Source: Macrostomum lignano (taxonomy: Eukaryota). From it: a stretch of 64,000 bases of DNA. The notes beneath the pieces were generated by a model that worked only from the letters and a program-made list of their open reading frames with translations, was not told the DNA's origin and ran no database searches. The stretch spans positions 306,756 to 370,755 of the forward strand of contig NIVC01000962.1 in the NCBI GenBank assembly GCA_002269645.1, read 5' to 3'. Position numbers and translations under genes: made by a program. Position 1 is the stretch's first letter. The number at the start of each line of letters is the position of its first letter. This document shows positions 13,501 through 24,940 of the stretch, piece by piece.

Positions 13501-16500
13501 GCCAAGTCGGCCGCAGCTGGCGCGGGCTTCAAACGGCGCAACACGTGGCGCAACAAACGGCGCAGCGACTGCCGGCGTTTGTCGACGCCTGGGCCGCCGC
13601 AGGAGCTCCGGTTTGGGCCAACCGCTGCGGCGGTGGCCGCGTTCAGGAGAAAGCGAAGGCCGCGACCGCCGTGGGCAGCCAGCAAGCGGTGATAGTCCAG
13701 CAGCATGGAGCCGCAGGAGGCGGCGGCGGCCTCTCCACTGACAGCCTGGGTGGCCGCTTGGCGAACCAGGCGACAGGTGCGAACCTTGGTAGGAAGGAGT
13801 TATAATTTGATGACCCCGGCAAGAAATGAATTATTACCATTTTTATCATTTACAGATTCCCGTGTAACTTATTGGACTTCAAATCCTATATGACAATCTA
13901 CTACGATCCCAGATCCCAATCTGATCCCAGATCACAATCCGATCCCAGATCCCAATCCGATCCCAGATCCCAATCTGATCCCAGATCCCCATCTGATCCC
14001 AGATCCCAATCTGATCCCAGATCACAATCCGATCCCAGATCCCAATCTGATCCCAGATCCCCATCTGATCCCAGATCCCAATCTGATCCCAGATCACAAT
14101 CCGATCCCAGATCCCAATCTTATCCCAGATCCCAATCCGATCCCAGATCCCAAACCGATCCTAGATCCCAATCTGATCGCAGATCCTAGATCCAAATCCG
14201 ATCCCAGATCCCAAACCGATCCCAAATCCCAATCCGATCCCAGATCCCAATCAAATCCCAGATCCTTCATCCCTCACCTGGAACTTGACATCCGAGCTAA
14301 CAGCGTCGCTGCTCTCGACCCCTTCGGCCATGCGGTCCCAGTAGAAGTCGGGCACAGGCGAGCTCTCGCCCCGGCCAATAAACCCGGCCAGCTCTTCGTC
14401 GACCAGCAGGCGGCCCAGACCGTCGCAGGAGCCGCCGGCGGCAGCTTGGCAAGCGTCCAGCTGGCGGAGCAGCGCCGGTCGAGCCTCCAGGAGACGCGAG
14501 ACGGAGCTGATTGGTTGGGAAAGGAAGAAAAAGACAGGTGAGACATTAATAACAATCGGCAATGATTGACAGGTGTAGCCAGATGTCATCTGGACTCGAA
14601 AATTTACCCTTATAGATGCTTTGCATGTGATTGGCTAAAATCATCAAACTTTTTTTAATAAAATTACTCTTTATACTGTACTTTGGTTTGAATCATACAT
14701 GCGAAACACCCGGCCAAAAATGCCAGACCGAAAAATGCAGACGTAGTACTAATTAGATGACGAGGTATTTAGCCTTGATAACATAGTCACAGTTACTCCT
14801 GCCGTTTACCCAAAAATTACGTCAATTATGGGTTGTTTCTTTTGTAGGCGTTGCAATTTTGGTCAAAAAGCAAGTCGCACGGCCGGTGTAAATCAGAGAG
14901 GGTTGCGCATGTATGGTTTGAATGTAGGTCTAAATATCAATGGAAGCTGAGAGCTCATCTCAGTCATACTTGGCAATGTCTTCCCTATCATCACCATGTA
15001 CCAGATCTATATTTACTAGCTAAGTACCAACCCAATTGGGTATTGGTACTGTCTGCGTCTATCCAGTTATCGATAATGACCCAGGATTATCCTACCTGGC
15101 AACAAGGCATATTTTCAGACTCTGAGATCAGCTCGATGAGCGTTTCGCTCTACTTAGGCTCACTTTTTATTCTAGAGATCTTACTTTATAAAATTACAAT
15201 ATAAAAATAATATTTAAATTTTGCGCGTACCGAATCGCAGTCAGGTAGGCCTCCAACAGCTGACGCGGCACCTCGGCGGAGTCCTCGGCGCTATAGGGGT
15301 CCTCGTTGAAACTCGCCATTGCTTCGTCAGATGCGGCCGGGCCGGCTGACACGAAATGATCGAATGCTTGCGAGTAGCGGCGCTGCATGAAGTAGTACTG
15401 GCCCAGCTCGAAGTGCACCAGGCACCTGCGAATGTGGGAGTTGCATGACCTCATTAGCTAGCTTCTTTGGGGATTCTTACTATGTAGGATTTGGATTCTT
15501 AGATTGGGGATCTGGGTCTTTAGATTGGGGATCTGGGTGTTTAGATTGGGGATCTGGATGTTTTGATTGGGGATCTGGATTCTTAGATTTGGGATCTGGG
15601 TGTTTAGATTGGGGATATGGGTGCTTTGATTGGGGATCTGGATTCTTAGATTGGGGATCTGGGTGTTTAGATTGGGGATCTGGGTGTTTAGATTGGGGAT
15701 CTGGGTGTTTTGATTGGGGATCTGGATTCTTAGATTTGGGATCTGGGTGTTTAGATTGGGGATCTGGGTGCTTTGATTGGGGATCTGGATTCTTAGATTG
15801 GGGATCTGGGTGTTTAGATTGGGGATCTGGGTGTTTAGATTGGGGATCTGGGTGTTTAGATTGGGGATCTAGGTGTTTTGATTGGGGATCTGAATTCTTA
15901 GATTGGGGATCTGGGTGTTTAGATTGGGGATCTGGATTCTTAGATTGGGGATCTGGGTTCTTAGATTGGGGATCTGGAATTTTAGATTTGGGATCTGGAT
16001 TCTTAGATTGGGGATCTGGATTCTTAGATTGGGGATCTGGATTCTTAGATTGGGGATCTGGATTCTTAGATTAGGGATCCAGAATCTTAAGATTGGGATC
16101 CTGGATTCTTAGATTGGGGAACTGTATTCTTAGATTGGGGATCTGGGTGTTTAGATTGGGGATCTGGGTGTTTAGATTGGGGATCTGGGTGTTTAGATTG
16201 GGGATCTGGGTGTTTTGATTGGGGATCTGAATTCTTAGATTGGGGATCTGGGTGTTTAGATTGGGGATCTGGATTCTTAGATTGGGGATCTGGGTTCTTA
16301 GATTGGGGATCTGGAATTTTAGATTTGGGATCTGGATTCTTAGATTGGGGATCTGGATTCTTAGATTGGGGATCTGGATTCTTAGATTGGGGATCTGGAT
16401 TCTTAGATTAGGGATCCAGAATCTTAAGATTGGGATCCTGGATTCTTAGATTGGGGAACTGTATTCTTAGATTGGGGATCTGGATTCTTAAATTGGGGAT

Positions 16501-18787
16501 CTGGATTCTTAAATTGGGGATCTGGATGTCTTGATTGGGGATCTAGATCCCTAGCTTTTAAAGCCTAGAATCCGGAACAACCCAGCCAGTGCAAAGCCGA
16601 GACGCGCACCGCCAATAAGAGTTGTCCACAGGCTCGCAGGCGGACCAGTCAGGCTCAATCTCCGGCTCCGCAAGGGTCGGCACCAGAAAAGCGGCTGGTA
16701 ACGGCCTGGCAACGCAGCCGTCTCCGTCTCGCTGTTGCTGATCTAATTCGCCAATTAGGCATTCGAGACTGCGATCGACTCTGGCCATGAGGTGGCCAGC
16801 GATCTCCTGGGACTGGGCGCAGTGCAGCTCAGTGGACCTGTCCGTGATGCCAGCCACGCCTTGCACCATTGAGCGGAGCGGCTTCTTCACGTAGTTCTCT
16901 TCAACTAGACAGCGCAGGGCCCACCGGTGGTACAGCTGGTACAGCCAGCGGGCGCACGGCCGCAGCCCGTTGTCCGCTGGCGGGCTGTAAGGGTCCGGGA
17001 GACCTGCACAGGCACACAGCCATAGGAACAGGCGGTGAGCCAGTGCTATGGGCAATTTGCGTGCGGTTCTGCCCAGGCGGTAGTGCAGCTGGGCCAGGAT
17101 CTTGGCTGAGAGGCTGAGCAGGACTCGCCACTGCTGCGACTCGCTGCCCTGGTAGGTTGAAGAGATTCTGGGTTATATACCCAATCAGTCTTGGTAGTGT
17201 CTACCCAATCAGTCTTGGTAGTGTCTACCCAATCATTCTTGGTAGTGTCTACCCAATCAGTCTTGGTAGTGTCTACCCAATCAGTCTTGGTAGTGTCTAC
17301 CCAATAACACTTGGTAGTGTCTACCCAACCACACTTAGTAGTGTCTACCCAACCACACTTAATAGTGTCTACCCAATCAGACTTGGTAGTGTCTACCCAA
17401 ACACATGTGGCACAGTCTTCCCAATCATACTTGATACTGTGTCAACAAAATTATCACTATTTACAAAATATCTCTTGGTTCTTTCTCATAATTATCTATT
17501 CATCAATGCATCAATACAAATTGTCAACCCATTGACCCATTCAGTATTTATGATAGTCCACTCAACTTTACATTGATTTTTTCTATCTACTTGTAATTTT
17601 TAACCTAATTATAGGGCCAGCATATAGTAATTTATGATAGTCCACTCAACTTTACATTGATTTTTTCTATCTACTTGTAATTTTTAACCTAATTATAGAG
17701 CCAGTATATAGTAATTTATGATAGTCCACTCAACTTTACATTGATTTTTTCTATCTACTTGTAATTTTTAACCTAATTATAGAGCCAGCATATAGTAATT
17801 TATGATAGTCCACTCAACTTTACATTGATTTTTTCTATCTACTTGTAATTTTTAACCTAATTATAGAGCCAGTATATAGTAATTTATGATAGTCCACTCA
17901 ACTTTACATTGATTTTTTCTATCTACTTGTAATTTTTAACCTAATTATAGAGCCAGCATATAGTAATTTATGATAGTCCACTCAACTTTACATTGATTTT
18001 TTCTATCTACTTGTAATTTTTAACCTAATTATAGAGCCAGTATATAGTAATTTATGATAGTCCACTCAACTTTACATTGATTTTTTCTATCTACTTGTAA
18101 TTTTTAACCTAATTATAGAGCCAGCATATAGTAATTTATGATAGTCCACTCAACTTTACATTGATTTTTTCTATCTACTTGTAATTTTTAACCTAATTAT
18201 AGAGCCAGTATATAGTAATTTAATTTATTAATAAAACATCCAATAATTTAATCATTTTGCTTAATATAATTTGTCCCATTTTGTGTTTTTTAATTATTTT
18301 AATAATAATAATAATATAATTGATTACACCTGCCCCAATTGGGCCAGAGATAGCTATTGTGCAGCACATCTGAAGGCTGTGTATAGCTATTCAGTCCAGG
18401 GACTGGGGGGTCACCACATATAGCCTCAATTACCCCAGCTAATGCTGGCACCCATTTTACAGCTGGGTGAACTGAAGCAATGCAGAGTTAAATGTCTTGC
18501 TCAAAGACACAAATTATTCCAGTAGGATTGGGAATTGAACCCCCAACCTTCAAGTTGTGAGTCCAACACTCTAACCACTAGGCTATAACAAATTATTTTA
18601 TACATAGATAAAACAATAATTTTATAGTACTCACTTGTTCTTTGCCATCATATTGCCTTGAATGATCTAGAAAATGTCGCAAATACTTTAGAAGCTGTTT
18701 ATCAGAGGCTGAGCCAGTATTTAATAAGGAATCCAAATTTTTAGGATTGATTACAAAGTTGAACCAATCTTCATGTGCATGAATCAT
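10578..18787 (-). CDS. INTS8: Integrator complex subunit 8, about 1086 aa. Exons 18635-18787, 16610-17148, 15231-15425, 14278-14506, 12514-13784, 11469-12009, 10578-10910
   Basis: Motifs resemble metazoan INTS8 from memory: N-terminal WFNFVI...HFLDHS (human WFEFLL...QFLEQA), LYHRWALRCLV (LYNRWAIRTIV), PSWLLTRADLAY...ALRCYLEA...RRMARCCELL, and C-terminal YLWDLSLLEIL...ELNSCN...FLRALAGLLF. All six introns are GT-AG with consistent phases (0,2,2,0,2,0). The last acceptor (10911) is the least certain. Confidence 0.9.
10935..11365. repeat. 21-bp minisatellite in INTS8 intron 6
   Basis: Unit CCAACAGCCCTAGCAACAAAC. Confidence 0.95.
12140..12435. repeat. Degenerate about 34-bp repeat built around the palindrome GTCACGTGAC, in INTS8 intron 5
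   Basis: Five exact GTCACGTGAC copies and three one-mismatch variants. Confidence 0.85.
13903..14265. repeat. 18-bp minisatellite in INTS8 intron 4
   Basis: Unit GATCCCAGATCCCAATCT/C. Confidence 0.95.
14746..14828. repeat. Dispersed repeat core shared with 22865-22945 (unclassified transposon family)
   Basis: GTACTAATTAGATG.CGAGG.ATTTAG.CTTGATAA...AGTTACTCCTGCCGTTTACCCAAAA is present at both sites. Confidence 0.8.
15488..16550. repeat. 21-bp minisatellite in INTS8 intron 2, with an internal 337-bp higher-order duplication
   Basis: Unit AGATTGGGGATCTGG(GTGTTT/ATTCTT); identical ORFs at 15903 and 16240. Confidence 0.95.
17170..18220. repeat. 24-bp minisatellite (17170-17400) and 84-bp tandem repeat (about 17545-18220, about 8 copies) in INTS8 intron 1
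   Basis: Unit TAGTGTCTACCCAATCAGTCTTGG; TCCACTCAAC recurs at 17557, 17641, 17725 and onward, with alternating GCCAGCATA/GCCAGTATA variants. Confidence 0.93.
18301..18589 (-). mobile_element. tRNA-derived SINE, apparently full length (about 290 bp), in INTS8 intron 1
   Basis: The minus strand has an A box (TAGCCTAGTGG), a decayed B box (GGTTCAATTCC), a CORE-like central segment (TGTCTTTGAGCAAGACATTTAAC...CAGCTGTAAAATGGG) and a (TTA)n tail. The head aligns with 3377-3440. Confidence 0.8.
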
Positions 18788-21700
18788 TATTATACTTATC
18801 TGCCAATGACTATATTCTATGTTGCTGGAATGTAATAATCATTTACATATATTAAAAATCTATATTTTGATAAAACAACAATGGCTTTAACTCAAATCAA
18901 TAGGGTATATAGACCTACACTATATATGTTGGCATGAAAATTTTAAATAAAATTGTAACCAAGTAATGAACTAACTAAAACAGTCCCACCATAGCTATAT
19001 AATTAGCTATGGGAAGTTATAGATACTTCAATATAAATACTTTGCAGAACATATATATGGTTAAAGGAATGCATATTTCCCCTATATCTAGTTCTTATTA
19101 GGTTGATAAGAAAGTTCTCGCTGTTTCTAGAAAATTCCAGAAACTTTTTTCCAGAATGTTCTGGAACTTTTTTTCCAGAATTACTGAATTACTTTGTTTG
19201 AATTACTTTGTTGAATAACTTTGTTGTTATACTCATGAAATCTCAGTTTGTTGAAATGAAGAGAAAATGGCAAGAACTTTCTTATCAACTAGATATATAT
19301 AATAATATTAGCCACTCAATAATAGAGACTTAAAAGATCATTTGAGACCTTGGTTTAATAGATAATAAGGGGGTAGAGTAGTAGAAATAAATTAATTTTA
19401 CTAGTTTCAAAGCTTTTATGAAAGGAACTCCCTGATATTAGACTTAAGCAATAAAGATTTTGTATAATTAAGGTAGCAAGACCTAATATTAAAATTAATA
19501 TAGTCCTAACTATTTTCTTCTACAAAAATGATACATTAATGAATAAAAGAAAACTATTATCATTGGATTAAATATCATTAAAAGTTTATTGTAATCTATT
19601 GCTTAAACATATCAAAACACAAACTTTGAATAATTGTTTTTATTTCTTATAGGTGCTTTTTAATTAAACTGTTATATTCCTATGAAACCCTAATTATGTT
19701 GCCTACAAACTGTAATCTAAATAGCAGCTATTAGTGCAGTAAACAGACAGACATGCTAATAGATAGATAAGAAGGTAGGCACATAGGTCGGCAGTCTAAA
19801 TTATTGCAATTTGGGTGGCATTTAATTTGGCAATGTTTTTACTTTGTTCATTTTCTTTGCCAATGAACTTTATACTCTATATGATACTATTATTATAATA
19901 GCAATTATACAATAAAATATACATTTAGAACATATATATTAAAGGTTAGATAGACTATTTTTTACCTTAAGACCAGATAGAGATAGAGAACCTAGCATAT
20001 GATTGCAGGTCCAGAAGAGGAGAAGAAAAAAAGAAGAAAGATGAAGAAAGAAAAGGTGAGGACAAGAGAGAGATAAGAGAGAAAGATTAAAGAGTAGGGA
20101 CCTAAGAAGTAAAAATGTTTTTGTATATATATTCTTCACTAAGGAGCCTAGGGACCCTGGGGTTTTAGCAAAAAAATCTTTTGGTATCCAAGGCACAATT
20201 TTTTTAGGGAATTGGCACCCCTAAGCTAGGTCAATATTATATATATATATAAATAGGCCAAGGCTATAGGAAAAATTTAGATATGGCAACAAATATAGTA
20301 TAGCCTAAATATAGGAAAATTTTGGTAGAACTCCTAAAAAATATAATTTTTAATAAGAAAATATTTATATAAACCTTACTTTTAAATAAAACTATTATTT
20401 TTTTGCTTTTAACTTTGCTTTTAATTGGCAATGCTTATTCCTACAGTACTATAGAAATATTAAAATATTAAGAATATTTTCTATTCTTATAGGCCTACAG
20501 TACTGTAAAGATAGGCCTAAACTTTGCTTTTATTTAATATCTATTTTACTATTGAATATTAAGCCTTGTAATAGGTCTATAAAGCTTAATGGGTAATTCC
20601 ACGAGATGACGGTCGTTGGGTTGGAGCAAATAATAATCAGTAATCATACAAAAGACAAACTAAATTGAGACTTTGTGAGTTCTATATTTATGGGCGTGAC
20701 CTCTAGATTGAGATGAGATACATTTTAAAGTCATTTGTCTTACTGTGTTGATTTAGCAGAGAGAAACTTTCGATGACGGTCATTTTTGGTGAAAGTTTAT
20801 GTATCCAACTTTATAACTTAAGTTTAAGATTCCTGCGAATCAGGCAAGTTTTTGTCTCAATTGATCATTAATTGTAGTAAACAATAGCTAGATGAATGGT
20901 TACAAACAATTATTACATTTTAGTAGACAACTTTAACTGTGTTGCACATTTTTTCTTAAATGACGGTCGTTGACTGACGGTCGTTTGTTTCAAAAAACGA
21001 CCTTCAGTTTTAAAAAGTGTATTAGGATGCTCTATTTTTAGATACAATCTTGGTTAAAAGATTGTTTATAATCCATAGTTGTTCATATAAAAACTATAAC
21101 TTGCTTGTCTAACCATAAAATTTATTATACCTGTTTCACATTTCAGATCAAACGTACTTATGCACCTTCAACAAAAACATCACTTCATGATTGCACAACT
21201 CAACATATGATCATAAAGATGGACAGTCCTAATCTATTCAAGAATTCAAAGAATAGAATATAACAATTAACAAAACCAAAGGCAAATACAGATTATTTGT
21301 TAGGCAATAAGCAGTAGCACCAATGGATAGTAAAAACTTGAGTCTAGTTAGACTACTTATACTGAAGATTGGGGCATGTGTTAAGGTGCATTGCAAACTA
21401 AAGTGGAGAGTTCTAGGTGCATGGTTAGTAATTGGAACAACCTTTTTAAAAGTTCAGGCTGAAAATGATTTTAAGGTATCAAACAAGTAATTGACAGTAT
21501 ACATTTTTAATAAAAGACTTGAATTCCACTATATTTTTCTTTACAATCAAAACTGTAAAAACTTTGAAAGAGAAATTGAATAAGTAATTCACATTAAAAA
21601 AGACATGATTTTAGAATATCAGTAAATTCAGTTTTTTGTATAAAATTTAGGAATAAATGATAGTAATTCAGGTTTTATAAAGATCAACAAATTTCAGAAT

Positions 21701-22119
21701 ACTAGAAAATGATGGTCGTTAAAAAAATGATGGTCGTTTTTAACACTTAAAAAAGGGAAGTCAAACTTTTTAAAATAAAAAATTATGATAGATAGAACTA
21801 TATTAGATCATAAAACTTTATAATTTCAGTCTTTAGATATAAGAAAGAAAGATTTTTATTATTTATGCACTTGATGCATTATGTTTATTAACTTTTTTTC
21901 TAATTGAAAACAAGATTAAACTTTTTATAATGTCCCGCGGGACATTTAAAATCTTGCAAGGGTACCATGATCAAAACAAAATATATATACCTAGAGGTAG
22001 ATAAATGTGTATGAAACTACATAAAAATGAAACTATACATAATTATATGCAAAATGAAATATTCACATTTGCAAATAATTTTTAAAAAAATTTCTATACC
22101 TTTGATGACCCTATCATGG

Positions 22120-22662
22120 AAGGCAGTGCTTATCCCCACGGTACCGTAGGAATAATTTCTGTCTTATTCCAACGGTACCGTGCGAATAATTTTCTGCTTA
22201 TCCGCACGGCACACTGAGGAGATAGCTGCCCTATCTTCTACATATGCCATGCGAATAATTTTCTGCTTATCCGCACGGCACACTGACGAGATAGCTGCCC
22301 TACACGTCCTCTGTTTTATTCCCTCTGCAAGCTTTACTAGCTGCCCTATCTGCTACATATATTTGCTGTGCGTGAATAGTTTATAGCTTATTGAAAGGGA
22401 ATTCATTTGTTACTACACAAAAAAATTCTTTCTCATAGTAAAGTCGTTAAATCTTTATTTCTTTAGAACAAATGTTCAAGCCAAGTTAAGTTGTTATACT
22501 GCACTCAAATCGTATGTACTAAACTTCCCACACGGCTTATGTAGAAGATAGGGCAGCTATCTCGTCAGTGTGCCGTGCGGATAAGCAGAAAATTATTCGT
22601 ACGGTACCGTTGGAATAAGACAGAAATTATTCCTACGGTACCGTGGGGATAAGCACTGCCTT
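22120..22662. mobile_element. MITE with about 120-bp near-perfect terminal inverted repeats
   Basis: AAGGCAGTGCTTATCCCCACGGTACCGTAGG... is mirrored by ...CCTACGGTACCGTGGGGATAAGCACTGCCTT; internal partial duplication; no clear target-site duplication. Confidence 0.85.
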
Positions 22663-24126
22663 ATAATTTTGTCTCTTATATATCTATATTCGTGAATAAA
22701 TTGCATGAGTTTACATAAACGAAAAAAAAGAAAGTTGGAAGGAAACTAAACGGTTGGAGACCTGATTGCAGCGCATGGGCATTTTGGCGGACGGCGTCCG
22801 GCGCGGATCTAATACGGCGCGGCGCGGCGCGTACGGCGCGCGGCGATTAGTACGGCGCGGCGCGGTACTAATTAGATGCCGAGGCATTTAGGCTTGATAA
22901 GACAGTCATAGTTACTCCTGCCGTTTACCCAAAACTGCGTTAATTTTGCTTTAGAGTTTCTTTCATAGGTAAGTCATTTCACAGCGTGGCGCAGGTTGTG
23001 TAGGCGTCTGGCGTACTTAAGCCATGCGCTGCAATAGGGGTTGGAGATATTTGCTTCTGGCTTTGTGTATTTATAAATGCAACATATTAGGTCCGGAACT
23101 TTCAGAAAAATCCTAGCATTATAATAAATTATAATTAATAAGACATTTACATTACACTTCCATGCGAAGCTTGATGACATAATTAGTTATTCCGATTTAT
23201 ATATTATATATATTGGCAGACGAAATGACTATATCGTATATTGGCAGACGAAAAGGCGGCAGACGAAATGACTGTCAACCTATATTTGGCTCTTTTAGCT
23301 AGGCCCTATAGGCATGCCACTTTTCATCTTGCTTTATGTGTGCATGTGTATGAGTGCTTTTGTGCATAAATTTTGCAAATAAAATGATATATTTATGGCA
23401 ATGTTATGTTACAATTTTGTCAATACTGGTTGCAAATGACAAAAGTGATTAACATTTTATTTTAAATCAGGCTGTTACATAGGCCACCTTATATTTCTTC
23501 TTTAGTTTAATTCAAAAAAAGTAATTAAAAAGCTCAATAATAGTTTTGTACAATATTATTATTGTAATAAATACTTATTTAAACAATTTAGATCTAATAA
23601 AAAATTGTATAAAAACTAGCAACTATTAGGTCCTAACTGCAACAATCAATATATTTTGTGGCATATAGTAAAACAAAATTAAAAGAAGTAGCATTGAATA
23701 TATCATTATTAGAATGCCTAACTAACATTGCTATACAAAAATCATAATATAGATAATATATTCAAAATAAGTTATTCTTTTTTATTGAAAACATAGGCCT
23801 AGTGCATTACATTATTGCATTTCTGCAATATTATTGCATTTTTCTAGGACAAGTATATCAAAATCTACTTAGGTTGGTAATGAAGTTAGTAAGTCACTAT
23901 TCCATTCTGCCATTAACATAGATGGCTATAGGCAATGAGATCTATATATAAACAAATGATAGTTTAACATATATCTCTTTGGAAGATACTTTGTTATAGT
24001 TATAACAAATGACTTGATATATCCTTTTGCAATCCAAAAATTTGGAGTTTATCCATGCTATTTAGTGCTATTAGTTACCTAGGCATTTAGTTTTTTTACT
24101 TAGTCTTGGGTGTCAGTTTCTGTCTA

Positions 24127-24940
24127 CAAGGGTTGTCCCAGAAATAGCTGAAAAACCAGTACATAGGCTGACTGTGATATTCAAATTTGATGCAACTTGT
24201 GTCATAAGTAGAAAAAATCCAATGGTGGTTTTGCTTTTTAAATGGGGTAAAATGTCAATTCATTCAAAAGTTGTGCCTATAATTAGAACAAAAGATAGGG
24301 GGTAAAGTTATATGAAGTCAAAAGGTCTGCAAAGTCAGTCACACAGCATCGCCATTGCCCTTGACTGATGACTTTTCGACAAATTCACCCCTCAACCTGC
24401 AGCCTGCACATACATGCGCAACCTTGGGATTCACCCGGCCGTTCCTATTGGCAACACACACATGTAAGTCGCTATTGGTTGAGAGCAGTCATGTGACTAC
24501 TATTCCGTCCAATAGCGACTTACATGTGTGTGTTGCCAATAGAAACGGCCAGGTGAATCCCTAGGTTGCGCCCAAGCATGAGCCTGCAGCTGTTCTGCTT
24601 GTGCTTCTACTTCAGATTAGCTTCTGCTTTTTTCAAGAGCTTATATGATCTTTTGTTTCTTTTGCTTCTTTGTTTGCTTTTCTTTTCAAATTGATGGTTC
24701 TGACTAAACATTAAAATTTTAGTCTATGGCCAGCATAGTAGGCTCAACTTGGTGTTACTCTACCCCTTACCCTTTGTTCTAATTATAGGCATAACTTTTG
24801 AATGAATTGACATTTTTACCCCATTTAAAAAGCAAAACAACCATTGGATTTTTTTCTACTTATGATGCAAGTTGCATCGAATTTGAATATCACAGTCAGC
24901 CTCTATACCAGTTTTCCCACTATTTCTGGGACAACCCTTA
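24127..24940. mobile_element. Old MITE with about 170-bp decayed inverted arms, flanked by TA (Tc1/mariner-type)
   Basis: TA|CAAGGGTTGTCCCAGAAATAG...CAAAAGTT is mirrored by AACTTTTG...CTATTTCTGGGACAACCCTTA|TA. Confidence 0.8.
24416..24571. mobile_element. Nested palindromic element with about 65-bp arms
   Basis: GCGCAACC...CTATTGGCAACACACACATGTAAGTCGCTATTGG is mirrored by CCAATAGCGACTTACATGTGTGTGTTGCCAATAG...GGTTGCGC. Confidence 0.75.

Noticed and set aside
20590-21975. DNA transposon beginning GGGTAATTCC with repeated ATGACGGTCGTT motifs
   Set aside because: No matching inverted terminus or coding remnant found; kept only as supporting evidence for graded CpG decay.
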